Below are positions 1-10,442 of a stretch of 64,000 nucleotides of DNA, one piece after another (positions within the stretch are counted from its first letter, which is position 1; every line of letters begins with the position of its first letter). Below the pieces are notes generated by a model. That model saw only the letters and a list, made by a program, of their open reading frames with translations, ran no database searches and was not told where the DNA came from. The stretch lies in assembly GCA_002429595.1 (NCBI GenBank), contig DJAM01000086.1, forward strand, positions 4,277-68,276, written 5' to 3'. This DNA is from Coxiellaceae bacterium UBA6002 (GTDB lineage Bacteria; Pseudomonadota; Gammaproteobacteria; UBA6002). A program made the translations under genes and the position numbers.

Positions 1-1621
1 ACAGTGTCAGCGTAGTGGCCTGGTAGATTTTGCCGAATTATTGTTACGTACCTATGAAATGCTTTCTGAAAAACCTAACTTGTTAGAACATTATCATCAG
101 CGTTTTGCGCATATTCTGGTTGATGAGTTTCAGGATACTAATGCTATTCAGTATGCATGGCTAAAATTATTAGCAGGGCCTAAAACGAAGTTAATGATGG
201 TGGGTGATGATGATCAGTCTATCTATAGTTGGCGTGGCGCATTAGCAGAAAACCTACATCGGTTCCAACAAGATTTCCCTTCAGATATAATTCGACTCGA
301 ACAAAATTATCGTTCTACTCAAAATATTTTGCATGCGGCCAATTCTATCATTGCTAATAATGCCAATCGCTTCGGAAAAAATTTATGGACGGAAGGTGCA
401 GAAGGGGATTTGCTATCTCTTTATATGGCGTTTAATGAGATCGATGAGTCACGTTATATTGTCAGTCAAATAAAATACTGGCGTGGTGAAGGTGTTGCTC
501 TTCGTGAGATAGCAATTTTGTATCGTTCCAATGCACAATCGAGAATTTTGGAGGAAGAACTTTTAGGAGCAAATTTACCCTACCGTGTTTATGGTGGCCA
601 AAAGTTTTTTGAGCGTGCTGAAATCAAAGACGCTTTAGCTTATCTGCGATTAATTAGTAACCCATATGATGATGCGGCATTTGAACGTTCAGTGAATATG
701 CCGCCGCGTGGCATAGGACATACCACGTTAGCTGACATTAGGGAGCATGCTCGGATGTGCAACCTCTCCTTATGGCAAGCTTCTGAAGATCTCATTAACC
801 AACGAAAACTCTCTGCACGCGCTGAAAATTGTGTCAGTGCCTTTATCAAATTAATTCAATATTTTGAACAAGCCCTTGCAAACTTACCTTTAGGTTCGCA
901 AACCAAAATCATTATTGAGCAAAGCGGCTTATATGAGCATTATCAGAAAGATAAGACTGATAAAACTCAATCTCGTTTGGAAAATTTAGATGAGTTAATT
1001 CAAGCCACTCATCAGTTTAAACCCGACCCTTCTTTTTCGTTGTCGCCTCTCCAAGCATTTTTAAGCTTCGTCACTTTGGAAAGTGGTGAGAACCAAGCAG
1101 ATCAGCACGAAGATAGTGTTCAGCTAATGACACTACATTCTGCCAAAGGTCTAGAGTTTCAAATTGTGTTCTTGGCGGGAATGGAGGAAGGCCTGTTTCC
1201 CCATAAAATGTCGCTTGAAGAAGAGGGGCGTTTGGAAGAAGAAAGACGGCTTTGCTACGTTGGTATGACCCGAGCAAAGCAGAAATTGTATTTTACTTAT
1301 GCAGAATCAAGACGAATCAACGGCACTCATAATTTTCGCCACCCCTCGAGATTTATTAATGAAATCCCGGCTGATTTAATTCAAGAGATCCGCCTTCGAA
1401 CTCAGGTAGCACGACCTGTTACCGTGATGAAAACCAGCCGCGTTTCCCATGACACTGGACTTGGTTTTCAGTTGGGTGATCGAGTTAGACACAGTCGTTT
1501 TGGGGAAGGTGTGGTTGTGAACTACGAAGGGCAGGGTCTCCAAGCTCAAATCATCGTTCGATTTGCAGAAGTGGGTACTAAGCACTTGGCTCTTGAGTAT
1601 GCGAAGTTGGAGAAGGTTTAG
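1..1621 (+). CDS. uvrD: DNA helicase II UvrD, C-terminal part; the 5' end lies outside the window
   Basis: UvrD/Rep family motifs (DEFQDTN, VGDDDQSIYSWRGA, helicase C-terminal motifs). The C-terminus ...EYAKLEKV resembles E. coli UvrD ...AYARLESV. The ORF runs in frame to the window edge. Confidence 0.85.
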   Translation, partial: QCQRSGLVDFAELLLRTYEMLSEKPNLLEHYHQRFAHILVDEFQDTNAIQYAWLKLLAGPKTKLMMVGDDDQSIYSWRGALAENLHRFQQDFPSDIIRLEQNYRSTQNILHAANSIIANNANRFGKNLWTEGAEGDLLSLYMAFNEIDESRYIVSQIKYWRGEGVALREIAILYRSNAQSRILEEELLGANLPYRVYGGQKFFERAEIKDALAYLRLISNPYDDAAFERSVNMPPRGIGHTTLADIREHARMCNLSLWQASEDLINQRKLSARAENCVSAFIKLIQYFEQALANLPLGSQTKIIIEQSGLYEHYQKDKTDKTQSRLENLDELIQATHQFKPDPSFSLSPLQAFLSFVTLESGENQADQHEDSVQLMTLHSAKGLEFQIVFLAGMEEGLFPHKMSLEEEGRLEEERRLCYVGMTRAKQKLYFTYAESRRINGTHNFRHPSRFINEIPADLIQEIRLRTQVARPVTVMKTSRVSHDTGLGFQLGDRVRHSRFGEGVVVNYEGQGLQAQIIVRFAEVGTKHLALEYAKLEKV

Positions 1622-1660
1622 GGTTTCACCGCTCTTTGATTTTCCCCTCCTCTTTCCTAC

Positions 1661-1731
1661 TTTTTTACTCCCTCTCCCGCAATTAGCGCGAGTATTTTCT
1701 AACCTCTTCGCGCGGGAGAGGGAGTAAAAAG
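1661..1731. terminator. Compound hairpin between convergent uvrD and dsbB: arms TTTTTTACTCCCTCTCCCGC / GCGGGAGAGGGAGTAAAAA around an inner GCGCGA..TCGCGC hairpin. Probable bidirectional terminator; copy of repeat family A
   Basis: Perfect ~20-bp inverted repeat with A/T runs on both sides, read directly. The same CCCTCTCCCGC..GCGGGAGAGGG core recurs at 23598, 53167 and 60139. Confidence 0.5.
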
Positions 1732-1791
1732 GGAGAAAGAATGGAGAGAATAGGCTCAAAGAGTCTAGAATAAAGACGAAAAAAGTATCCG

Positions 1792-2310
1792 CTAAGTGGT
1801 TTTGCTATTCCGCCACTGGTTAAACAGCCCCCTGATATAGCTCAACCCCAACAGAGCAAACACATCAAAAAATAGAAAGGTCCATCCTGGGATACTTAAT
1901 CCTAAGAAACTCCAGTCGATTTTGGCGCAATCTGCTGAGCCCATAAACATCGTCTTAAGTGCTTGGGAGAGCGGCAAGGATTTCATGAGGTAGCTAATGC
2001 CAGGTACGCAGATTTCACCTAATGCGCTCGGTCTTCCTTGGAGCCAGAGATGTCGTCCTGCGAATACCATACCTAAAATGGCAAAAAATAATAATATTGA
2101 GCCATAAACTTTCTGCCCTTGAGAGCCGGGGTTATGGATGGCGGCAAGTAAAAACAGGCTGGCTAATATGCCGAATATGCATCTTTCCAAAACACATAAA
2201 GGGCACGGCATAAGATTCAAAACAATTTCTAAATAATAAGCAAAGGCGATTAGGCCACAACAAATCAGGAAACTAGCGAAATTGATGGTACGTACCGATA
2301 TCATTTTCAT
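1792..2310 (-). CDS. dsbB: disulfide bond formation protein B
   Basis: 172-aa polytopic membrane protein with paired Cys motifs (CPLCVLERC plus a second Cys pair), about the size of DsbB. Confidence 0.65.
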   Translation of the reverse strand: MKMISVRTINFASFLICCGLIAFAYYLEIVLNLMPCPLCVLERCIFGILASLFLLAAIHNPGSQGQKVYGSILLFFAILGMVFAGRHLWLQGRPSALGEICVPGISYLMKSLPLSQALKTMFMGSADCAKIDWSFLGLSIPGWTFLFFDVFALLGLSYIRGLFNQWRNSKTT

Positions 2311-2434
2311 TGTAATGAGTGTCCTCTTTTAACTCCAAGAGAATCTTTTAGTAAGATTACTTCCTAATTATGCCAAGTATTTCTTAAATTTTAACAATCG
2401 CAAAACTTAACATAAAAATCTTATAATTGTAACT

Positions 2435-3673
2435 TTAGCCCAAATCTCGAAGCTTATCCAAAAAACTCGTACCGTGAATAAATCTGGATAAGCCAAAAAA
2501 TGCAGCCAAAGTTTGTCCTATATCCGCAAAAGTTTTCCTTTTCCCTAAGGAACCTGGTTTAAGATGGTTGTTATACACTAACAAAGGGATATGTTCTCGG
2601 GTGTGGTCAGAGCCCGGCCAAGTAGGGTCACAACCATGATCAGCGGTAATGAGGACTAAGTCATCTTCTTTGAGCAGATTATCAAGCTCTGGCAGACGCT
2701 TATCCAACTCTTCTAAGGCGGCTGCATAGCCATCTGCATCGCGCCGGTGCCCAAATGAGGAATCAAAATCAACAAAGTTAGAAAAAATTATGGTGTTATT
2801 TTCTGCTCTGGTGACTGCTTTGAGTGTTTCATCAAAAATTGCCATATTGCCATTGGCTTTAACTTCTTGAGAAATGCCGCGGTGTGCAAAGATATCCGAC
2901 GTTTTCCCGATAGCAATGACTTTGCCGTGTGCCGCGGTGAGCTTTTCCAGTAAGGTGGGAGCAGGAGGCGGCATTGAGTAATCTTTACGATTTCCAGTTC
3001 GATAAAACTGCCCTGGAATTCCTAGAAATGGACGAGCGATGACTCGACCGATACTAAGTGGATCGACTAACTTTCGAGCTAATTGGCTAATTTCATAAAG
3101 ACGCCCAAGACCAAAAGCTTCTTCATGAGCTGCAATCTGAAACACACTATCAGCCGATGTATAAACAATTGGTTTACCTGTTTTGATGTGTTCTTCACCC
3201 AGTTGTTCAATAATGACTGTACCGGACGCATGGCAGTTGCCCAAGATGCCGGGCAGCTGCGCTTGTTTGATGAACTCTTGAATTAAGGCATCCGGAAAGG
3301 TGGGAACGGTATCTGGAAAGTAACCCCAATCAAATAGAACAGGCACACCAGCAATTTCCCAATGACCACTTGGCGTGTCTTTACCGTGACTGATTTCAAC
3401 ACAGTAGCCATATTGAGAATGTTCGATGCTATTCGTATCAGAGGAGCTCAAGGCTTCGCCTCGACTTAAACGACTAGCGGCAAAAAGCCCTCGTTTCGTA
3501 AGATTCGGTAAGCGAATAGGTCCTGGCTGTTTCCGATGAACAGTCGTTTTACTTCCTTGGCAGTATTCAACAATGTGTTTAAAAGTATCTGCGCCACTAT
3601 CACCATAGAGCGCGGCATCTTCAGAGCTGCCTATTCCAAAGCTGTCGAGTAGTAAAATAATTGCCCTAGCCAT
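2435..3673 (-). CDS. deoB: phosphopentomutase
   Basis: N-terminus [20 protein letters not shown] and overall length (412 aa) match DeoB of the alkaline-phosphatase superfamily. Confidence 0.85.
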   Translation of the reverse strand: MARAIILLLDSFGIGSSEDAALYGDSGADTFKHIVEYCQGSKTTVHRKQPGPIRLPNLTKRGLFAASRLSRGEALSSSDTNSIEHSQYGYCVEISHGKDTPSGHWEIAGVPVLFDWGYFPDTVPTFPDALIQEFIKQAQLPGILGNCHASGTVIIEQLGEEHIKTGKPIVYTSADSVFQIAAHEEAFGLGRLYEISQLARKLVDPLSIGRVIARPFLGIPGQFYRTGNRKDYSMPPPAPTLLEKLTAAHGKVIAIGKTSDIFAHRGISQEVKANGNMAIFDETLKAVTRAENNTIIFSNFVDFDSSFGHRRDADGYAAALEELDKRLPELDNLLKEDDLVLITADHGCDPTWPGSDHTREHIPLLVYNNHLKPGSLGKRKTFADIGQTLAAFFGLSRFIHGTSFLDKLRDLG

Positions 3674-3674
3674 T

Positions 3675-4991
3675 TCATTCCTGATAGCTGGATTTGCAAT
3701 AGGTTTCCTTAACTAAGAACGAAGCGCCAAGAGCGACCAATACTCCAATGGGGAAGAGTCGCAAAGCAAATTGGAAATCATTAATCGAATAATGGCGTAT
3801 ACCGTCTACCATGACTCCGCTCCAATGGTAGTCCATCAACCAGCCAAAGAACGGCTCAAAAATAGCTCCACCACTGATTGCACAGAGTGAAACTACACTG
3901 ACGCAAGTTGCTGTGAACAGACGTTTATTACTTTCAGTTACTGTTGGATAACTTATCACTTGGGTGCTAGTAACTAAACCCAGTAAGAAAAACAGTAGTA
4001 TTAAAGTCCAGAACGATAAATTTGTTGAAACTAGAATCACCATGACTAGGATAAAAGAAAAAATAGCACCGATAATCATTGGTAATTTTCGTCTCCCAAC
4101 TTTATCAGATAGCCAGCCCATCATAGGAGAGCCTATGATCGTTCCAAGAAAGACCATGCTTGTCACATAGGTCGCATGGGTATGGGAAAGATGATGAGCG
4201 GTAGCTAAAAACATACTGCCCCATAGTCCACCGAGTAAGAACAGGGGAAGATTTAGCAAGCTGGTATAAATGCCACACAACCAGTTCTGCAAAGATAAAA
4301 ACCCTTGGCGCAAGCCTCGCCAAAAACCAAACTGCTGTAACTCTAAGCGTTCTTGCTGATAAGAGGAGGCAATATTCTTGGGATAATCTTGAACAACAGC
4401 AAAGATGAAAAGAGCGATAAAAAATCCAAGCAGTGCATCACACTCTACGGCTGAGCGCCAACCTATTGTATTGACTAATAAAGTGAGTGGCGCTTGAGCG
4501 ATCATGCCACCAATCATCGCCATGGTCACAATGAGTCCTGAGACCAACGCCATCCGCTCTGCAGGAAACCAGCGCGAAGCTAATCGAATACAGCTTAAGA
4601 AACAGAAGGCACTGCCGATCCCGGTAAGAAATCTGAAGATACTTGCTAGTAACAGTGAATGAGCACAAGCAAATAAGAAAGTTCCAGTTGCGCAAATAGT
4701 TAAGGCAATAAGTACAACTTTTTTGGTGGAAAAACGATCCAATATCGAGCCAGCTGGAAGTAAGAATAGAACGTTAGCATAAAAGTAACAGGCAGACATT
4801 TTGCCTAAGGCTGCAGCAGTTAAATGATATTCCTGCATTAATTGCGTATTAATCGCATTGAACATATTCATTTGAATAAATTCATAAAAGAAAAATAACG
4901 AACTCGCAAAGCAAACCAGCCATGGCAGGTAGCGCAAAGAGGCTTTTGGTAGAAGACCTGATTCTAAAGAAATGTCGGCCGCTAGTTTCAT
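3675..4991 (-). CDS. MFS transporter, Pht (phagosomal transporter)-like; paralogue of the upstream gene
   Basis: 12-TM MFS profile. The N-terminal block [23 protein letters not shown] is shared with its neighbour. The start is trimmed to ATG 4991 (MKLAADIS...) by alignment with the paralogue; the track ORF 3675..5033 would overlap the upstream gene. Confidence 0.7.
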   Translation of the reverse strand: MKLAADISLESGLLPKASLRYLPWLVCFASSLFFFYEFIQMNMFNAINTQLMQEYHLTAAALGKMSACYFYANVLFLLPAGSILDRFSTKKVVLIALTICATGTFLFACAHSLLLASIFRFLTGIGSAFCFLSCIRLASRWFPAERMALVSGLIVTMAMIGGMIAQAPLTLLVNTIGWRSAVECDALLGFFIALFIFAVVQDYPKNIASSYQQERLELQQFGFWRGLRQGFLSLQNWLCGIYTSLLNLPLFLLGGLWGSMFLATAHHLSHTHATYVTSMVFLGTIIGSPMMGWLSDKVGRRKLPMIIGAIFSFILVMVILVSTNLSFWTLILLFFLLGLVTSTQVISYPTVTESNKRLFTATCVSVVSLCAISGGAIFEPFFGWLMDYHWSGVMVDGIRHYSINDFQFALRLFPIGVLVALGASFLVKETYCKSSYQE

Positions 4992-4998
4992 GTTTTTC

Positions 4999-6297
4999 CT
5001 AATCGATTGATTTACAATAAGTTTCCTTGGCAAAAAAGGCTGCTAGCCATCCCAGCGCAAAGGCTACGGGAATAATTGTCATTGCGAGTAAATAATCATG
5101 TGCAGAATAAAATGGCACCTGATTCACCATCGTATGATTCCAGTGCAAGCCAAGGAGAATACCAAAGAGCGGTTGAGTCATGCCGCCTGCCATAATTAGA
5201 CTAGAAGCGATCCCTTCCGCTGTGGCCGTTAGTTTCTTCGAGTTGCTCTCTGCAATCAAGGGGTAACTGAGAATTTGACTACTTGTGAAGAATCCTAATC
5301 CCAAGAAGAGCAACAGTAACGATACCATGCCCAGGTTAGGAATCAGCATGATACTAAGAATATCTACTAGTGCTAATACGGCAAACCACAACATCGGCGC
5401 TCTGCGTAAACCAATGCGGTCGGAAAGCCAACCGATAAATGGAGAGCCCACAATCGTTCCAATGAAAATCATCGACGTTACGACAGATGCTTGGGTTCGA
5501 GATAAGTGATGATACTGGACCAAATAAAGGCTTCCCCAGACTGCACCCATTAGCATGAGCGGCACATTAAGTAAGGAAGTATAAAGTCCCCCAAGCCAAT
5601 TTTGGGCATTACCTAATGATTTTGTTAGACTTTCTTTGAAATTGCTCGGCGAATGAATCTGTGGCTCTGAAAACTCGTGAGCAGTTTCTGGCCGATCTTT
5701 AACAACAAAGAAAATGGCCATTAGCATTAAAATGCCTAATCCGGCATCCATGATTAGCATTTTGCGCCAACCAAAGTGATCGGTTAAGAGAGTCATCGGA
5801 GTCTGGGCTACCATCCCGCCTAGCATCGCGATGGTGACAATTAATCCGATTACAAACGCTAATCGTCGCGGTGAAAACCAGCGTGAGGCGAGTCGAATAC
5901 AGCTAAGTAGACAGAACGAGCCACCTATACCAGTAACGAATCGACAGATCTCTGCCATAGAGATCGAGCTTGCCATTGAAAATAGAAAGGTACAGGCAAT
6001 TGAAGATCCCATGGCAAATAAAATGATTTTACGGGTCGAAAAACGATCCAGTATGAGTCCTGCTGGGAAAACGAACAACATGGTGGCATAGAAGTAATAA
6101 GCGGAAGCTTGACCCACACGAGCGGCGCTCAAGGTAAATTCTTTCATCAACGATGGGGTGATCGCATTGAAAATATTAACCTGTAGGAATTCGAAGAAGA
6201 AGAACAGGGCCGCTGTAAAACAAACTGCCCACGGTAAATATTTATGAGTTTGACCCTTAGTCGCACTTGGAAAATGAATAATAGTTGCTGATTTCAT
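4999..6297 (-). CDS. MFS transporter, Pht (phagosomal transporter)-like
   Basis: 432-aa MFS protein. The conserved YLPWAVCF..FFFFEFLQVNIFNAI block and the GWLSD motif are shared with ORF 3675..4991. It is probably co-transcribed with deoB. Confidence 0.7.
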   Translation of the reverse strand: MKSATIIHFPSATKGQTHKYLPWAVCFTAALFFFFEFLQVNIFNAITPSLMKEFTLSAARVGQASAYYFYATMLFVFPAGLILDRFSTRKIILFAMGSSIACTFLFSMASSISMAEICRFVTGIGGSFCLLSCIRLASRWFSPRRLAFVIGLIVTIAMLGGMVAQTPMTLLTDHFGWRKMLIMDAGLGILMLMAIFFVVKDRPETAHEFSEPQIHSPSNFKESLTKSLGNAQNWLGGLYTSLLNVPLMLMGAVWGSLYLVQYHHLSRTQASVVTSMIFIGTIVGSPFIGWLSDRIGLRRAPMLWFAVLALVDILSIMLIPNLGMVSLLLLFLGLGFFTSSQILSYPLIAESNSKKLTATAEGIASSLIMAGGMTQPLFGILLGLHWNHTMVNQVPFYSAHDYLLAMTIIPVAFALGWLAAFFAKETYCKSID

Positions 6298-6436
6298 GCG
6301 TTCTCATTAATAGTAAGCTATAAAAATAAGCGAATTTTAACCTTAATTTAGCAATAATGCTAGTGTTTAGATAAATAGCACGAGACATTTAAAGTTGTTG
6401 TATACTTATTGATACCTTTTTAGAAGAATTTTCGGA

Positions 6437-7117
6437 TTGAAGGCGATGAACAAATTTCTTATCACAACAGTGATGTTACTAAATTTCTGCCTAGTTGATT
6501 CAGGGTTAGCTCAGAATAACTCCGGAATTAATTATGGCAACTCGCCCTCAGCAACGGGAGCGATGACCACAGCGCCAAGTGCCCCAACTACTACTGCCAA
6601 TGGCACCAGTACAACACCGCCCCAGACTACAGCAACGCAACCAACTCCCGCAATAACAAATGGGAGTACTACTGGTGGACAGTTAGTCAATAATCCTGAT
6701 GGTACTCAATCATTAATTCAAACATTGTATTGCCCGACACCAGATCAGTTAATTAAAAATGGTCTTTTTTGGGGTACAGCAACAGGCAATTGGAAAAGCT
6801 ATTCTGAATCCTTTGACAATTCGATTGTCACCTTTATTGGAGCGCAGTGGGTAGGAATTAATGTTGGAAAAATGGTCTGTATCTATAAAGGGAACCTAGC
6901 AATGTCATTTCCGATAACGATCCAAAATGACGCTCTATCCCAAGGACCAACAGGTGCACTTTGGGGTAATGATTTAGGCGGTTATCGCAATTGTCATTCT
7001 ACGAATGTGCTTGATTGTCCTTTTGTCGTTAAAACGCAATCTGTTAATATGCAGCAAATATATAACAGCTTAGATTTTTTTAAGGGCAAACCAAATCCGC
7101 TAACACAACCCAATTAA
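6437..7117 (+). CDS. secreted hypothetical protein with a Thr/Pro-rich linker
   Basis: Signal peptide (MNKFLITTVMLLNFCLVDSGLAQ), then a ~60-aa T/P/S-rich low-complexity linker, then a ~150-aa Cys-containing C-terminal domain. No recognisable family. Confidence 0.5.
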   Translation: MKAMNKFLITTVMLLNFCLVDSGLAQNNSGINYGNSPSATGAMTTAPSAPTTTANGTSTTPPQTTATQPTPAITNGSTTGGQLVNNPDGTQSLIQTLYCPTPDQLIKNGLFWGTATGNWKSYSESFDNSIVTFIGAQWVGINVGKMVCIYKGNLAMSFPITIQNDALSQGPTGALWGNDLGGYRNCHSTNVLDCPFVVKTQSVNMQQIYNSLDFFKGKPNPLTQPN

Positions 7118-7163
7118 AACGTAACTGTTATTTTCTTAATTTCTTTTATATGTAGATGAGGTA

Positions 7164-8066
7164 TTGATGCTTTCATTTTTACCAGGACCTTTAGTGGGTG
7201 TTATCACAGCAATTCTTTTTTTAATTAACATCCTTATTGTTGCCACTTTAATTGTTGTGCTGGGTGTTTTGAAATTAGTATTGCCGTTTAAAAGTTTAAA
7301 GCATTCTCTAGAAACGGGTCAGTATCATTTGGTTTCGCTATGGATAGATATAAATACTGCCATTGTGAAGCTGGCTTCAAATATTCATTTTGAAGTGCAT
7401 TCACAAGGGCAATTGCAACCCAATCATTGGTACTTCGTTTTTGCAAATCATCAGTCCTGGGTTGATATTTTAATCCTGCAAGAAATATTCAATCGCAAAA
7501 TTCCGATGTTGAAATTTTTTATGAAACAAGAATTGCTATGGAGTCTACCATTCGGAGGTATCGCTTGTTGGATGTTAGATTTCCCTTTTATGAAACGTCC
7601 GAGTAAAGCAGAGCTAAGAAAAAATCCAGACTTGCGCAATAAAGATATTGAAACAACGAAATTAGCTTGTGCTAAATTTAAAATAAGGCCAACGACTGTT
7701 ATTAATTTTTTAGAAGGTACACGGTTTACTAAAGAGAAGCAGCAAGATCGGTCTTCGCCATACGAAAATTTACTTCGTCCCAAGGCGGGAGGATTGGCAT
7801 TTGTAATCACTGAATTAAAAGATTACATTACTGAAGTCATCGATGTCACAATTAGATACGATTATAAAGATCCCTCTTTTTGGAACTTGCTTTGCGGTAA
7901 GATTAAAAAGGTCACAGTTTATTATGAAGTACTTCCCTTACATGAAGAGCATTACGGTGACTATTACAATAATTCAAAATACCGAAAACAATTTCAATCC
8001 TGGGTTAACGAACGCTGGCAGCAAAAAGATGGTTTGCTAGTAAAGTTAGATGAAAAACAAGCATGA
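7164..8066 (+). CDS. lysophospholipid (1-acyl-glycerol-3-phosphate-type) acyltransferase family protein
   Basis: N-terminal TM segment and the HX4D acyltransferase motif (ANHQSWVDI), with FLEGTR downstream. Confidence 0.6.
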   Translation: MMLSFLPGPLVGVITAILFLINILIVATLIVVLGVLKLVLPFKSLKHSLETGQYHLVSLWIDINTAIVKLASNIHFEVHSQGQLQPNHWYFVFANHQSWVDILILQEIFNRKIPMLKFFMKQELLWSLPFGGIACWMLDFPFMKRPSKAELRKNPDLRNKDIETTKLACAKFKIRPTTVINFLEGTRFTKEKQQDRSSPYENLLRPKAGGLAFVITELKDYITEVIDVTIRYDYKDPSFWNLLCGKIKKVTVYYEVLPLHEEHYGDYYNNSKYRKQFQSWVNERWQQKDGLLVKLDEKQA

Positions 8067-9004
8067 CAATCTCAATACGAATTGCAACTCGCAGAAGTCC
8101 ATTAGCGATGTGGCAAACAAATTACGTTCGAGACTGTATTGTTAATCAATTTCCACACGTTGAAGTTGAACTCCTTGCGCTACTAACCAAGGCAGATAAG
8201 TTGTTAGCAACACCACTCAATAAAATCGGTGGTAAAGCGCTTTTTGTAAAAGAACTTGAAAAAGCAATCTTAGAACACCAAGCCGATATCGCCGTTCACT
8301 CTATTAAAGATTTACCAGCAGAGCTACCAAATGGTTTGATTGTCACTGCAGTTTGTAAACGTGGTGATCCACGTGACGTATTGATTTGTAACAATCATAA
8401 ATCACTATCGGCATTACCATCAGGATCCATCGTTGGCACATCTAGCTTACGTCGATCGGCGCAAGTGTTAGCGTTGCGTCCCGATTTGAAAATTTTGCCA
8501 CTACGCGGCAATGTAGGAACTAGGCTTGAAAAACTGGACGAAGGCGAATTCGATGCGATAATTTTAGCAGCTGCTGGTTTGAAAAGATTAGAGCTCACTC
8601 ATAGAATCACAGAGTACTTTAGCATTGACCAAATTTTGCCGGCTGCAGGTCAAGGTGCAATTGGCATTGAAGGTCGTCATAATGACCATCAGCATTTTGC
8701 GCTGGTCAATTTTTTGGATCACTATATCACACGTCAAGAAGTTTTAGCGGAACGAGCAGTTACCGGACAACTAGGTGCTAGTTGTCAATTTCCTATCGCC
8801 GCGCATGCTCAAACTGATCAAGAACAACTCAAACTAAAAGCGTTGGTTTCAGATATTAACGGTCAAACGATTATTCGAACCGAAAAGATTGGTCCACATG
8901 AATTTGCTGAAGAAATAGGTTTTGAGGCGGCCGACGATTTAATCGCTCAAGGTGCTCTGGAATTACTTGCCAAAGTTCAGTCGGATAATTTGAGTGATAA
9001 GTGA
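8063..9004 (+). CDS. hemC: hydroxymethylbilane synthase (porphobilinogen deaminase)
   Basis: IRIATRRSPLAMWQT N-terminus, 313 aa, followed by hemD/X/Y. Confidence 0.9.
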   Translation: MTISIRIATRRSPLAMWQTNYVRDCIVNQFPHVEVELLALLTKADKLLATPLNKIGGKALFVKELEKAILEHQADIAVHSIKDLPAELPNGLIVTAVCKRGDPRDVLICNNHKSLSALPSGSIVGTSSLRRSAQVLALRPDLKILPLRGNVGTRLEKLDEGEFDAIILAAAGLKRLELTHRITEYFSIDQILPAAGQGAIGIEGRHNDHQHFALVNFLDHYITRQEVLAERAVTGQLGASCQFPIAAHAQTDQEQLKLKALVSDINGQTIIRTEKIGPHEFAEEIGFEAADDLIAQGALELLAKVQSDNLSDK

Positions 9005-9670
9005 ATGTTAACTGAATCTTTTTTTGCACGAGACCCACAGACAGTTGCAAAAGATTTGCTTGGCAAAGTACTCCGTCACTATGTTCGAGGGATTTGGTTG
9101 TCGGCGTTAATTATTGAAACAGAAGCTTACTATCTATCAGAAAAAGGTAGTCACTCATCTCTAGGGTTTACAGAAAAACGCAAAGCGCTTTTCATGGATC
9201 CTGGTACGATTTATATGTATTACGCGCACGGTGGTGATTCCTTAAATGTCTCTTGTCTAGGTGAAGGTAATGCTGTTTTGCTTAAATCAGGATACCCTTA
9301 TTTGGTCGACGTAAATGATGAGATGGTTGCTGTTATGCAAGAATTAAATCCTCATAAAAATCAAAATCCCCGGAAAATTAATCAGCTCTGTGCCGGCCAA
9401 ACTTTATTGTGCCGATCGTTAGGGTTGAAAGTTCCGGAATGGAATCAAAAAGATTTTCTACCGGATAGAGTTCGTATTGATGACACGGGTTACAGTCCAG
9501 AAAAAATAATTCAGACAACTCGATTAGGCATTCCGACAGGTAGAGATGAACATTTACCGTATCGTTTTATCGATTTTAAGTATGCTGCAAATTGTACGAG
9601 TAATCCGCTTACCAAGCGTAATTATCAGGTTGGTAGAGATTATTTTGTGATTGAGAATACTAATGTCTGA
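9005..9670 (+). CDS. DNA-3-methyladenine glycosylase (Mpg/AAG family)
   Basis: N-terminal FF.RD...AKDLLGKVL....G.....IIETEAY......SH...G.T..R..LF..PG..Y.Y...G pattern characteristic of the MPG family. It lies between hemC and hemD. Confidence 0.65.
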   Translation: MLTESFFARDPQTVAKDLLGKVLRHYVRGIWLSALIIETEAYYLSEKGSHSSLGFTEKRKALFMDPGTIYMYYAHGGDSLNVSCLGEGNAVLLKSGYPYLVDVNDEMVAVMQELNPHKNQNPRKINQLCAGQTLLCRSLGLKVPEWNQKDFLPDRVRIDDTGYSPEKIIQTTRLGIPTGRDEHLPYRFIDFKYAANCTSNPLTKRNYQVGRDYFVIENTNV

Positions 9671-10442
9671 TGTGCTTCGTCATCTAAATGTAATTATTAC
9701 TCGGCCAGAAGCCTCCTCTTCAAATCTTAAAGAAAAAATAATTTTGTCAGAAGGCCAAGCAATACTCTTTCCAACGATTAAAATTTGTCCGTTCACGATC
9801 AATGCAGATGAAGTTCGAGATCGCAAAATCAATGATTATGATCTGATTATCTTTACGAGTCGCAATGCGGTGTTGGCGATCACAAAGATCTTATCGCAGA
9901 TAAAAGGTCCCAAAGTATTGGCCATTGGTCCTAGCACTGCTGCAACGTTACTGCAACAGGGTGTTTTCGTATCAGACATCCCCATAGCAAAATTTGATAG
10001 CGAGCATTTATTAGAATTGCCAGTTTTTGCAGACGTCAAGGGTAAACAGATTTTGATTGTGACGGGAGAGGGTGGCCGAGAGCTTTTAGGCCAGACTTTA
10101 AGAGTCAAGGGTGCCAAGGTTGTTAAGTGGCGAGTATATCGCCGAGAACTGCCTGCTATAAGTCAGGAGGCGGCACAGGCATTAACTAAAATCACTAATC
10201 CAGTCATAGTGACTACCAGTGGTGAGGGATTAAGGAATTTAGTAGCCATAATGACCAACTTTAATTTTGAAATTTGGTTATTTGAGTGCAGAGTACTGGT
10301 GATTAGTCAACGTATGAAGGTATTAGCGCAAGAGCTAGGGTTCAAGTCAGAGCTATTATTGGAAGCTAATAATGCGACAGATGATGCTATTTTAGAGTGC
10401 CTAATAAAATGGTATTCTATACCCGTAGCGGGTGATTTCTAA
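9651..10442 (+). CDS. hemD: uroporphyrinogen-III synthase
   Basis: Position after hemC, ~260 aa, HemD-like N-terminus (LNVIITRPE). The last 8 codons and the stop codon lie inside the repeat element at 10417. Confidence 0.75.
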   Translation: MRILMSDVLRHLNVIITRPEASSSNLKEKIILSEGQAILFPTIKICPFTINADEVRDRKINDYDLIIFTSRNAVLAITKILSQIKGPKVLAIGPSTAATLLQQGVFVSDIPIAKFDSEHLLELPVFADVKGKQILIVTGEGGRELLGQTLRVKGAKVVKWRVYRRELPAISQEAAQALTKITNPVIVTTSGEGLRNLVAIMTNFNFEIWLFECRVLVISQRMKVLAQELGFKSELLLEANNATDDAILECLIKWYSIPVAGDF

